This document shows, piece after piece, positions 1-10,881 of a DNA stretch of 64,000 nt (the stretch's first letter is position 1; each line of letters starts with the position of its first letter). The position numbers were made by a program, and so were the translations under genes. The DNA lies in the NCBI GenBank assembly GCA_037481655.1, contig JBBFLF010000005.1, positions 76,193 to 140,192 of the forward strand. Direction: 5' to 3'. This DNA is from Desulfobaccales bacterium. GTDB taxonomy: Bacteria > Desulfobacterota > Desulfobaccia > Desulfobaccales > 0-14-0-80-60-11. A model generated the notes under the pieces. It made no database searches. It was not told the DNA's origin and worked only from the letters and a program-made list of their open reading frames with translations.

Positions 1-388
1 TAAGCATGGCGCATCGGGTTTCGGCCGGGGAGCGGGTCAGGAGCGCTGGCGGAGGGGACAGGAGCGAAAGTAAGGCCCCAGCGACAACCGGATGGGAAAG
101 CAGCAAAAAGTTGAAGAGGGGGGACGAGGCCTCACCCCACACCCTGAGGCCTCCGCCGAAAGTGAGGGAAGATCTCCGCAGTCTTCTTCAGCTTGTCCCT
201 GGGCTCCCCAGGGACCATGGTGCCCTTTTGAGAGGCCATCCACACCATGGCCCCGGCCTGGCGGCTAGCCGGACCCTCAGAGAAGCCATTGCGGGCCGAA
301 GAAAACTCCTGCTGCCTCAGACCCATGCAGGCGGCTGACTTTCCCCCGACCCTGGATAGCGCGGCGGCCAGGCCGGGGCCGGGAAACC

Positions 389-922
389 TCAGGCCGGGAG
401 GGAGAGTTTCCGGTGGAGCACCAGACCGTCGTCCTCGAGCCGGCGGATCTCCACCTCCGCTTCCCGGCCGTTCAGGGTGAGCAGGGCATAGGTGGCGGGC
501 TGCCCCCGGTCCACGGGGGCCTTGAGATGCCCGGGGTTGAGCCAGAAGCCGCTCTCCCGCTCCTCCAGGGCCGGCACATGGGTGTGGCCGTAGAGGATGA
601 GGTCCGCCTCCCAGGCCGCCTCCTGGGGGTCCGGATCCCCGGGCCGGTCGTGGCGGTGCCGACTGTCGGTGTGGGTGAGGAAGAGTTTCACCCCGGCCAG
701 CTCCACCAGCCGGCGGTTGGGAATGCGGGCATCGGCATATTCCGGGCAGTAAACCCCCGGCACCCCGATCACCTCAAGACCCCGGGAGGTGAGGAAGGCA
801 AGATCACGATAGTCGTCCCCCAAATGCAGAACCAGGGAGATGCCTTTGCCGTGCAGAAGAGCTGCCAGTCTCTCCATGGCCCGGGTATTGCCGTGACTGT
901 CGCTGATCACCGCTACCCGCAT
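389..922 (-). CDS. YfcE/MJ0936-type metallophosphoesterase
   Basis: 177-aa ORF with metallophosphoesterase motifs (VISDSHGN, HLGDD, LTHTD, YGHTH). Confidence 0.8.
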   Translation of the reverse strand: MRVAVISDSHGNTRAMERLAALLHGKGISLVLHLGDDYRDLAFLTSRGLEVIGVPGVYCPEYADARIPNRRLVELAGVKLFLTHTDSRHRHDRPGDPDPQEAAWEADLILYGHTHVPALEERESGFWLNPGHLKAPVDRGQPATYALLTLNGREAEVEIRRLEDDGLVLHRKLSLPA

Positions 923-1228
923 AATCCCTCACCGCCTCCTCAGGGCCGGTCTTAAAAAAATCGGCCCCAAATTGCTGTTTTTGAAGTGCTGATCCCGGAA
1001 TTTCCCTTGATGTTCCCAAACACTGGCCCCGCAAAAGCGCGGCGAGCGGGAAAAGGCTACCTTGCTCATCAGGGGATCTCCCTTGGTCCCGGGGCAGCGG
1101 GTCTATGCCTTGGCGAACCAAGTGAGACGGGCGGGACCACCATTGAACGGCGGGAGTCTATCCCGGGGATGCGCGAGGAGGGCGTACCTTCCCGCTCCTG
1201 CTCCCTGCCTTCCTGGGCTCCGGGGCCC

Positions 1229-2542
<1,314 letters not shown>

Positions 2543-2808
2543 GGATGCTTTATTGCCTCATTAATGCAGTTGCGATGGCGGCCTGGACCGCCGTATCCCC
2601 CTTCCCCTAAGGCACGACGGCCGCAAAGCTGCCGCCCAGGATGCCTGTCCGGGCTGCTGAAGGACAACGCTTTCCGCCATTAGGGAAGGGGCCGGTCCTC
2701 CCGGCTCAGGAAGGGGGAAGCACCTTCGCCCCCAGCCATGATGGAGCCTGGGAAGAGCAGGTGAGGAGAGGAAGAGCACGCCGGCCCCCCTCCGATGCCG
2801 CCCAGACC

Positions 2809-3741
2809 TTACAGCATAATCTTGATGTGGGCCTTCTGGCGCAGCGTCTTGAGGTACTCGCCGAAGCGTTTGCCCATTTCCTGGCGTTGCAGGGCCTGGC
2901 GGATGCGGGGAGCCATCTCTTCATAGCTGCGGGTCTCGGTGCCAGTCTTGCGGCTCACCAGCTCCACCAACTGGAGGCCCTGAGGGGTTTCCACCACCCC
3001 CACTTCCCGGGGCTGCAATTTCCGGAGAAACCCGGCCAGTTGGGGGTTAAGATCATCCTCGGCAATGGCCCCCAGGTCCTGCAAAGGCAGGCCATGGCGC
3101 CGGCTCAAGGCCTCCAGATCGACCCCCTGCTTGTGCTCCTTGACGAGTTCCTCGGCCTTTTTCCGGGCCTCCGCCCCGGCGGGCAGGCTCAATATCTTCA
3201 GATGGACCCGGGTGCCCTTTTCTTTGGGGACCTCAGTCTCATAGATGCGGCGCACCTCGCTTTCCGTCACCGGCGGCAGATTGGGGCCCAAAACCACGGC
3301 CATGAGGCGGTCTTGCAGGATTTGGCCCCGAATCCTCTCCTTCAGTTCGTTCAGGGTCATATGGGCCTTGCCCAAAGCTTCCTGCAGCGCGGCGTCATCT
3401 TTGATGCGGTTCTGGCGCTTGAAGTCCTCCAGGGCCGTCTCCAGCTCCTTGTCAGTGACGCTCAAGCCCCGCCGCTTGGCCTCGGCGTTGGCCAGTTTCT
3501 GGTCGATGAGGGCCTCCAGAATCTCCCGCTGAAAGGCCTTGTCCTTGGCTTTGGCCTCCATGCCGGGCCGGAAATGCAGGCTTTTGATCATCATCTCCAG
3601 CTCGGACTGGCTGATGACCTCATCGTTGACCACCGCCACGATGCGGTCCACCACCTCCGCCGCCGCCCCACCTGCCCAGGCCGCCGCCGCCACAATGAGC
3701 GCCCCGCACACGATGCCCCTCAGGGCCGATTTGCCTCTCAT
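2809..3741 (-). CDS. SurA-like periplasmic chaperone / parvulin-type peptidyl-prolyl isomerase
   Basis: 310-aa ORF with signal peptide, SurA N-terminal pattern (VDRIVAVVNDEVISQSEL) and a parvulin-like C-terminal part. Lies 3 nt downstream of mfd. Confidence 0.7.
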   Translation of the reverse strand: MRGKSALRGIVCGALIVAAAAWAGGAAAEVVDRIVAVVNDEVISQSELEMMIKSLHFRPGMEAKAKDKAFQREILEALIDQKLANAEAKRRGLSVTDKELETALEDFKRQNRIKDDAALQEALGKAHMTLNELKERIRGQILQDRLMAVVLGPNLPPVTESEVRRIYETEVPKEKGTRVHLKILSLPAGAEARKKAEELVKEHKQGVDLEALSRRHGLPLQDLGAIAEDDLNPQLAGFLRKLQPREVGVVETPQGLQLVELVSRKTGTETRSYEEMAPRIRQALQRQEMGKRFGEYLKTLRQKAHIKIML

Positions 3742-3744
3742 GAT

Positions 3745-6700
3745 TTACCCCTCTTTCTCCCCCTTAACAAAATTCTCTACCTCCTTCAAGCAGTTTTGCA
3801 GGCGCACCCAGGGCGGGCCCTCCTCCCCCACCTGGAAGTGGAGGCTCTGGTCCGGCGTCAGGCGGAGCCGCCGGGGATGCTGATGCAGGAAGTCCAGGAG
3901 CTTTTTCAAATTGAGTCGCTCCGGGGTGGCAAACTGGAGGACCGCCCGGCCGTTGTGGAGCTCCAGCCGCTTCACCCCCAGGCGCCTAAGCTCGCATTTG
4001 AGACGCACCGCGGCCAGGAGATTTTCTCCCTCGGGGGGGAGCGGCCCGAAGCGATCCCGGAGCTCGGCGGCGATCTCCTCCACCAGTGCCGGCGTCAGGC
4101 GGCCGGAGAGGCGACGGTACAGGGCCAGGCGCTCCTGTTCATCGGGCACGTATTCTTCAGGGAGGTAGGCCGCCACCGGCAGCCGGAGTTCCGGTTCAGG
4201 CACCAGCTCCTCGGAGGGCTCGCCTTTGATCTCCCGGATGGCCTGCTCCAAGAGCTCCAGATAGAGTTCATAGCCCACCTCGGCCAGATGCCCGGACTGG
4301 GCTTGCCCCAAGAGATTGCCGGCCCCCCGGATCTGCAGGTCGTGCAGGGCGATGCGGTAGCCGCTCCCCAGCTCGGTGAATTCCATCAGGGCCTTGAGGC
4401 GCTTCTGGGCCTCGGAGGTGAGCCCGGCCTCATCGGGCACCAGGAGATAGGCATAGGCCTGGGCCTGGCTGCGCCCCACCCGGCCCCGGAGCTGATAAAG
4501 TTGCGCCAATCCCAGGGTATGGGCCCGGTTGACGATAATGGTGTTGGCCGCCGGGATGTCCAGGCCCGCCTCGATGATGGCGGTGCACACCAGCACATCC
4601 ACTTCGCCCCGCCAGAACTTCACCATCACCTGCTCCAGCTGGCGCTCCGGCATCTGGCCGTGGGCCATGGCCACCCGGGCTTCGGGCACCAGCTCCTGCA
4701 CCAGGCGGGCCCAGCGGGCCAGACTTTGCACCCGGTTGTGCACAAAGAAGACCTGGCCCCGGCGGGCCAGCTCCCGGCGGATGGCCGCCTGGATGACCTC
4801 CCGGTCCGGGCGGCACACATAGGTGCGGATGGCCCGGCGGTTCTCCGGCGGCGTGTTGATGAGGCTGAGCTCCCTTAAACCCGAGAGCGACAGCTGCAGG
4901 GTCCGGGGGATGGGGGTGGCGGTGAGGGTGAGGACATCCACCGTCTTGCGCCATTCTTTCAGCTTTTCCTTCTGCTTCACCCCGAAGCGCTGCTCCTCGT
5001 CGATGATCAGGAGCCCCAGATCCTTGAAGACCACATCCCGGGAGAGCAGCCGGTGGGTGCCGATGATGATGTCCACCTTGCCGGCGGCCAGCTCCGCCAG
5101 GATGCGGCGTTGCTCCGCCGGGGGCTTGAAGCGGGAGAGGACCCGGACCACCAGGGGGTAAGGGGCCAGGCGGCGGCTGAAGGTCTCATAGTGCTGCTCC
5201 GCCAGGACGGTGGTGGGCACCAGCACCGCCACCTGCCTGCCGTCCATGGCGGCCTTGAAGGCGGCCCTGACCGCCACCTCCGTCTTGCCGTAGCCCACAT
5301 CGCCACAGATGAGGCGGTCCATGGGCGTGTCCCGCTGCATATCCGCCAGCACGTCCTCAATGGCCTTCAGCTGGTCCGGGGTCTCCTCATAGGGGAAGGT
5401 GGCCTCAAACTCCCGGAAGACCTGGTCCGGGGGCGAGAAGGCATGTCCGGGGAGCACCCGCCGGGCGGCATAGAGCTCCACCAGCTCCCGGGCGATCTTC
5501 TCCACCGCCTGGCGCACCCGCTTTTTGGTGCGCTCCCAGGATTTGCCCCCCAGGCGGTCCACTTTGGGGGGCACTTCCTCCACGCCCAGGTATTTCTGCA
5601 GCAGGTGGAGGCGGTCCACCGGCACAAAGAGGCGGTCGCCTCCCTGATATTCGATCTCCAGATAGTCATTCACCTGGGCGCCGGCGGTGAGCTTCACCAA
5701 GCCCCGGTAAATACCGATGCCGTGGTCCAGGTGAACGACAAAGTCCCCTTCCTTCAGATCCGCCAGGCTGGTGAGGTGGGCCGGCGGGGGCGCCTCCTTG
5801 CGGCGCCGGCGCTCCGGCGCATAGCCCAGGGCCTCATCTTCGGTGAGGACAATGAGACCTTCCGCGTCCCAGCGGAAGCCCCCGGAGATCTCCCCGGCGG
5901 TGAGGAGCACCTGGCGGCCGTTTTCCCAGGTGGGCTGCGGGAGCACCTCCGCCTCCAGGCCCTCCTGGGCCAGCAGCTGGCTGAAACGCCGGGCCCGATG
6001 GAGATTGAGGGAGACGATGACCAGATGCGCGCCCTGCTCTTGCCAGCCCTTAAGACGCCGGGCCAAGGCCGGGAGCAGCCGGCCTTCCTCGCCCCCCTCC
6101 CGGGCCAGCTCTTTCCCCAGGTCCGTCAGACGCCCGGTGCGGAATTCAAAGGTGTTGTCCTCCGCTGGAGCCCCCAGGGGGAGAAATTCCACCAGGAGGC
6201 GCAGGAAAGGGGCGGCCCGGGACAAGGCCGGGGCGGGGTCCAGCCAGCCCTCGGGCTCCGGCGGGGGGGATGTGGCCAGGTTCTCTTCCTCCCGGGCCAG
6301 ATTGAGGGGGTCCCAGAGCACCACCACAGTGTCAGGGGGGAGATAGTCCCACAGGGTCTCGGGCTCGGGGTAGAACTCCGCCAGGTGGCGTTCGAGGCCC
6401 GGGAAGGAAACGCCCTCCTGGAGATGCTGCCACATCCGGGGGTCCCGGCGGCGGCTGCGCCCGGCCAGGGCCCGCTCCCGCACCGCTGAGGTGAGGACCA
6501 CCTCCCGGGCCGGCAGCAACACCAGCTCCTCCAGGGAAGCCCCCAGGGAGCGCTGGGTGGCCGGATCAAAGAAGCGGATGGACTCCAGCTCGTCGCCGAA
6601 GAACTCCAGGCGCACCGGCTTCTCATACAAGGGGGGGTAAAGGTCGATGATGCCGCCCCGGACGCTGACCTCGCCGGGCTCCTCCACCACCGGCCGGCGC

Positions 6701-7209
6701 TCATAGCCCGCGGCCATGAGGTGCGCCAGAAACTCCGGCCGCCGCACCTCCTCGCCCACCACCAGATAGAGCATGGCCTCCCGGAGGGCCTCCCGGGGAA
6801 GCAGACGCTCCCGCAGGGCCAACAGAGGGGCGGTGACCAGGACCGGCTCCCGGCTGGCGAGAAGCTGCCAGGCCGCTCCCACCCGGGCGGCGCTCACCCC
6901 GGCGTCGCCGCTGAGCTCCTGAAAGGGCAGGAGTTCATGGGCCGGAAAAGACAGGAGGCGGGGCCACAGCTCTCCGGGTGCCAGGGGCAGGTCACTGAAA
7001 AAGAAGGCCAGATCCCGCTGCAGAGTCTCCTGGGTGGCCTCATCCGGGGTGAGGACCAGGAAGGGCCGCCGGCTGGCGAAAAAGAGCCGGCTCAGCATGT
7101 AGGCCCCGGCCGCCGGGGTGAGGCCCCGCAGGCGCACCTCTCCCTGGCCGCGGGCTATGGCCGCCGCCACCTCCTGCCAGCGGGCACCCAGGGGAAAGAG
7201 CTCGTCCAT
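3745..7209 (-). CDS. mfd: Transcription-repair coupling factor
   Basis: About 1154 aa from the ATG at 7209 (the track ORF extends to 7302). Has an RNAP-interacting domain, superfamily-2 helicase motifs (GDVGYGKTEVA, DEEQRFG) and a TRG/C-terminal domain. Confidence 0.95.
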   Translation of the reverse strand: MDELFPLGARWQEVAAAIARGQGEVRLRGLTPAAGAYMLSRLFFASRRPFLVLTPDEATQETLQRDLAFFFSDLPLAPGELWPRLLSFPAHELLPFQELSGDAGVSAARVGAAWQLLASREPVLVTAPLLALRERLLPREALREAMLYLVVGEEVRRPEFLAHLMAAGYERRPVVEEPGEVSVRGGIIDLYPPLYEKPVRLEFFGDELESIRFFDPATQRSLGASLEELVLLPAREVVLTSAVRERALAGRSRRRDPRMWQHLQEGVSFPGLERHLAEFYPEPETLWDYLPPDTVVVLWDPLNLAREEENLATSPPPEPEGWLDPAPALSRAAPFLRLLVEFLPLGAPAEDNTFEFRTGRLTDLGKELAREGGEEGRLLPALARRLKGWQEQGAHLVIVSLNLHRARRFSQLLAQEGLEAEVLPQPTWENGRQVLLTAGEISGGFRWDAEGLIVLTEDEALGYAPERRRRKEAPPPAHLTSLADLKEGDFVVHLDHGIGIYRGLVKLTAGAQVNDYLEIEYQGGDRLFVPVDRLHLLQKYLGVEEVPPKVDRLGGKSWERTKKRVRQAVEKIARELVELYAARRVLPGHAFSPPDQVFREFEATFPYEETPDQLKAIEDVLADMQRDTPMDRLICGDVGYGKTEVAVRAAFKAAMDGRQVAVLVPTTVLAEQHYETFSRRLAPYPLVVRVLSRFKPPAEQRRILAELAAGKVDIIIGTHRLLSRDVVFKDLGLLIIDEEQRFGVKQKEKLKEWRKTVDVLTLTATPIPRTLQLSLSGLRELSLINTPPENRRAIRTYVCRPDREVIQAAIRRELARRGQVFFVHNRVQSLARWARLVQELVPEARVAMAHGQMPERQLEQVMVKFWRGEVDVLVCTAIIEAGLDIPAANTIIVNRAHTLGLAQLYQLRGRVGRSQAQAYAYLLVPDEAGLTSEAQKRLKALMEFTELGSGYRIALHDLQIRGAGNLLGQAQSGHLAEVGYELYLELLEQAIREIKGEPSEELVPEPELRLPVAAYLPEEYVPDEQERLALYRRLSGRLTPALVEEIAAELRDRFGPLPPEGENLLAAVRLKCELRRLGVKRLELHNGRAVLQFATPERLNLKKLLDFLHQHPRRLRLTPDQSLHFQVGEEGPPWVRLQNCLKEVENFVKGEKEG

Positions 7210-7436
7210 CAGATACCGGCCAGACCCGCACGCGCCCTTAGGGCCAGGGGAGCCTCTCCCCAGGCCCTGCGGGCAGCCCGGTGGGGCAAGACCGTCTTTC
7301 ACTTCATTATCGCCAAGGAGAGGGATTTTTCCAAGGCCGGCAACGGCGCCCGCCAGGAAGGCAAGAATTGCCGCCCGGGGAGAGGCTTATCGGGGGACTT
7401 GGTTTATATCCTATGTAATTTCAAGCACTTAATCTA

Positions 7437-7452
7437 TGGCATCCCCTTTGCT
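7437..7452 (+). promoter_or_regulatory. Candidate sigma54 (-24/-12) promoter for the flgF operon
   Basis: TGGCAT-ccccT-TTGCT matches TGGCAC-N5-TTGCW with correct spacing. About 40 nt upstream of the flgF ATG. Confidence 0.5.
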
Positions 7453-7490
7453 ATCACCACCGGCGAGAACGGGGCGGAAAGGAACTGGCC

Positions 7491-8198
7491 ATGCACTTCG
7501 GCTATGACATGGCGGCCTACATGGGGGTCAGGGCCGAACGGCTTTTGGGAGTGGTGAGCCACAACCTGGCCAATACCGCTACCCCCGGCTTCAAGCGGGA
7601 GCTTCTGAACCTCTGGCGGCTGCCGCCGGAGCCCGGCAAGGCTGCGGGGTTTGTGGATGTGGCCGGCCGGGATTTCAGCCAGGGGCCCCTCATGGTCACG
7701 GAAAACGACACCGACCTGGCCATCGAGGGCCCCGGGTTCTTCAAGGTGGAGACCCCCCAGGGCATCCGCTACACCCGGGACGGCGCCTTTCGCCTCAACG
7801 AGCAATGGCAGCTCGTCACTCGGGAAGGCTACCTGGTCCTGGGCAAAGGCGGCCCCATCACCTTGAACGCCCTGGACCAGCAGTTCGGCATCGACGAAGA
7901 GGGGGGCATCCACCTGGACCGGTCCCTCTCCGACCAGCTCCTGGTGGTGGACTTCGAAAATCCCCAGGCCCTCAGGCCCCTGGGCCAGACCTACTTCGTC
8001 TCAGCCCCCGACGCGGGCGAGGAGCGGGAGGCCACCGGTTCCCGGGTGCTCCAGGGGATGCTGGAGGCCAGCAACATCGACCCGGTGATTGAATCCGTGA
8101 ACCTCATCACCATCCAGCGCAGCTTCGAAGCCTATCTCAAGCTCCTGGACACCTACACCGACAGCGACCGCAAGGTCCTGGAGCTGGCCCAGGTGTAG
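7491..8198 (+). CDS. flgF: Flagellar basal-body rod protein FlgF
   Basis: 235 aa. N-terminal rod motif (SHNLANTATPGFKR) and C-terminal rod-protein domain (LEASNIDPV). Confidence 0.85.
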   Translation: MHFGYDMAAYMGVRAERLLGVVSHNLANTATPGFKRELLNLWRLPPEPGKAAGFVDVAGRDFSQGPLMVTENDTDLAIEGPGFFKVETPQGIRYTRDGAFRLNEQWQLVTREGYLVLGKGGPITLNALDQQFGIDEEGGIHLDRSLSDQLLVVDFENPQALRPLGQTYFVSAPDAGEEREATGSRVLQGMLEASNIDPVIESVNLITIQRSFEAYLKLLDTYTDSDRKVLELAQV

Positions 8199-8314
8199 GC
8201 CAGGAGGACCGGAAGAGGCGGAGAAAAAAAGCGGGGAGAGAGGGGACGGGGTCCCTGAGGGCTGAAGCCGGTCTGGAATTGCCCGCCGACCAAGAACCCG
8301 TTAAGGAGCAGACC

Positions 8315-9097
8315 ATGTTTCGCGGCATGTTCTCCGCGGCCACCGGCATGGGGGCCCAGCAACTTCGGCTGGACATCATCGCCAACAACCTGGCCAACGT
8401 CAACACCACCGGCTTCAAGAAGAGCCGGGGCGACTTTGAGGACCTGGTGTATCAGACCCTGCGCCAGGCCGGGGGCGAGCGGCCTTCCGGCGGTCAGGTG
8501 CCCACGGGCATGCAGGTGGGGCTGGGGGTGCGGCCGGTGGGCATCTCCAAGATCTTCTCCCAGGGCGATTATGTCCACACCGAAAACGAGCTGGATCTGG
8601 CCATCGAGGGCAAGGGCTTCTTCAAGATCCTGTCCAACGGGGTGGAGTATTACACCCGGGCGGGCAACTTCAAGATGGACAAGGACGGTTTCCTCACCAC
8701 CCCGGCGGGAGACCGGCTGCAGCCGGAGTTCACCATCCCGCCCCAAACCGTCTACACCACTATTGACAACACCGGCAAGATCACCTGCTTCGGGCCGGAC
8801 GGCAAGGCTCTGGCCAGCGGCCAGATCAGCCTCTACACCTTCCCCAACCAGGCGGGCCTCCTCAATGTGGGGCGCAATCTCTTCCAGGTCACCGAGGCCT
8901 CCGGGGAGCCCACCGAGGGCCGTCCGGGGGTGGACGGCGTGGGCACCATCGCCCAGGGGTACCTGGAGGTCTCCAACGTCAACGTGGTGGAGGAGATGGT
9001 CAACATGATCATCGCCCAGCGGGCCTATGAGCTGAACTCCAAGGCCATTCAGACGGCGGACGCCATGATGGAGCGGGCCTACCACCTGAAGACCTGA
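8315..9097 (+). CDS. flgG: Flagellar distal rod protein FlgG
   Basis: Starts MFRGMFSAATGM. Has IANNLANVNTTGFK and a C-terminal GYLEVSNVNVVEEMVNMI motif. Confidence 0.9.
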   Translation: MFRGMFSAATGMGAQQLRLDIIANNLANVNTTGFKKSRGDFEDLVYQTLRQAGGERPSGGQVPTGMQVGLGVRPVGISKIFSQGDYVHTENELDLAIEGKGFFKILSNGVEYYTRAGNFKMDKDGFLTTPAGDRLQPEFTIPPQTVYTTIDNTGKITCFGPDGKALASGQISLYTFPNQAGLLNVGRNLFQVTEASGEPTEGRPGVDGVGTIAQGYLEVSNVNVVEEMVNMIIAQRAYELNSKAIQTADAMMERAYHLKT

Positions 9098-9109
9098 GGG
9101 GAGTGAACC

Positions 9110-10063
9110 ATGAGATTGGGATGGGGATTGCTTTTCGGGGTCATGGTCTGGGCAGGGCTGGCCCAGGCGGCTGACCCGGGAGCGGTAAAATTCCGGGCGG
9201 AGGCGGAGGTGGCAGGAGAACACATCACCCTGGGACACTTGGCGGACCTCCCCCCCGAGCTGGCCGGGAGCGTCGGCCAGGCCCCCATATGGAGCGCCCC
9301 GCCACCGGGCCAGAGCTATACCCTCACCGGGGAGTTTCTGCGCTACCGCCTCACCCAGATGGGTCTGGCGGAGCTGGCCGCCGCCGGGCTTCCGCCCGCC
9401 ATCACGGTCCGGCAGACCGGCAGAATCCTGCCGCCCGAGGAGGTGGCCAAGGCCATCCAGCGCTACCTGAAAGAACACAGCCCCTACCCGGAAAAGAACC
9501 TGCGCCTGACGGTCTATCCCCTGGAGGAGGCGGTGCTGCTCCCCGAGGGGGCATACAGCCTGGAGGTGGTACCGCCCAAAAACGGCCGCCTCTTGGGGGA
9601 GCTGACCCTGGAGCTGGCCCTCGTCCAGGAGGGGCGGCCCCTGAAGCGCTTCAAGGCCGCCGGCCGGGTGAGCCTGGAGATGGAGGTGGTCTGCGCCAAC
9701 CGGCCGCTCATGCCTCCCCAGGTCCTCAGCGCCGGGGACGTCTCCCTGCTGCGGCGGGAGGTCACCACCCTCACGCCCCAGGACCTTTTCACCCACCCGG
9801 ACCAGGTGGTGGGCCGGACTCTGGCCCGGCCCCTGGGTCCCCGGGAAATCGTCACCCCGCGCCACTTAAGCCAGCAGCCCCTCATCCAAAAAGGGGAGGA
9901 GGTGACGGTCCTCCTGATGGACGGTGGCCTGGAGATCCGCACCAAGGGGGTGGCCCAGGAGCCGGGCTTCCCGGGCAAGGCCATCCGCCTCCTCAACCCC
10001 AAAAGCAAAAAGGAATTTCAGGCCCAGGTGGTGGACCACAAAACCGTGAGGGTCATCCTATGA
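9110..10063 (+). CDS. flgA: Flagellar P-ring assembly chaperone FlgA
   Basis: 317 aa with signal peptide and an SAF-like C-terminal domain. Position between flgG and flgH. Confidence 0.8.
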   Translation: MRLGWGLLFGVMVWAGLAQAADPGAVKFRAEAEVAGEHITLGHLADLPPELAGSVGQAPIWSAPPPGQSYTLTGEFLRYRLTQMGLAELAAAGLPPAITVRQTGRILPPEEVAKAIQRYLKEHSPYPEKNLRLTVYPLEEAVLLPEGAYSLEVVPPKNGRLLGELTLELALVQEGRPLKRFKAAGRVSLEMEVVCANRPLMPPQVLSAGDVSLLRREVTTLTPQDLFTHPDQVVGRTLARPLGPREIVTPRHLSQQPLIQKGEEVTVLLMDGGLEIRTKGVAQEPGFPGKAIRLLNPKSKKEFQAQVVDHKTVRVIL

Positions 10064-10764
10064 GAGGGGAAAAATTTCTCGGTGTCGCCCTCCTGATCAT
10101 CTCGCTGGGCATGGCCGGCGGGTGCGAGGCCGTCCGCCCTGCGGCCCGGTTGCCCGAGGCGCCCCTGGTGGCCACGCCGCTCCCCCCCCTGCCGCCGCCT
10201 GAAGAAGGCTCCCTGTGGCAGGACCGGCAGCCCCACGGGCTCATCGCCGACCGGCGGGCCCAGCAGGTGGGGGATCTCATCACCATCAGCATCACCGAGG
10301 CGGCCAAGGCCAGCGAGATCGCCAATACCGAGACCTCCAAGACTGCGGGGGTGAAGACCACCATCGGCTCCCTCTTCGGGCTGAGCTTCCCCATGAAGGC
10401 CTTCACCAACAAGGAGGTCAACGTGGACTCGGCTCTCGAGGGCACCGTGGGCAACACCTCCAAAGGGGAAGGCAAGACGGAGCGCCAGAGCACCTTCACC
10501 ACCTTCCTCACCGCCCGGGTCATCCAGGTGCTCCCCAACCAGAACCTGGTGGTCCAGGGGCGGCGGCATCTCAGGGTCAACAACGAAACCGAGGTGGTGA
10601 CGCTCACCGGCATCGTCCGGCCCGCGGACATCGACCGCAACAACACTGTGCCCTCCACCAAGCTGGCGGAGGCCCGCCTGGAGATCTCCGGCGTGGGAGT
10701 GGTCTCCGACAAGCAGCGCCAGGGCTGGCTCACCCGCATCCTGGACCATCTCTGGCCCTTGTAA
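10060..10764 (+). CDS. flgH: Flagellar L-ring lipoprotein FlgH
   Basis: Internal ATG at 10060 overlaps the flgA stop (ATGA). Lipobox LGMAGGC and FlgH core (GDLITISI, LTARVIQVLPNQNLVV). Confidence 0.9.
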   Translation: MRGEKFLGVALLIISLGMAGGCEAVRPAARLPEAPLVATPLPPLPPPEEGSLWQDRQPHGLIADRRAQQVGDLITISITEAAKASEIANTETSKTAGVKTTIGSLFGLSFPMKAFTNKEVNVDSALEGTVGNTSKGEGKTERQSTFTTFLTARVIQVLPNQNLVVQGRRHLRVNNETEVVTLTGIVRPADIDRNNTVPSTKLAEARLEISGVGVVSDKQRQGWLTRILDHLWPL

Positions 10765-10881
10765 GGCCGGACGGGCGAGGGGCCGAGACGGCCGGGGGAG
10801 CGGGTGGGAGGCAGGGAATAATGGGGGATGATCAGGCCCACGAGGAGCTGAAGGGCACGGCATAGGTGGTGGAAAGCGATT

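Noticed and set aside
1-388. Short ORFs at the window edge (6..338 +, 37..243 -, 132..326 -)
   Set aside because: No recognisable motifs, no convincing RBS, and mutually overlapping frames. I cannot tell whether any is real, so the region is left unannotated.
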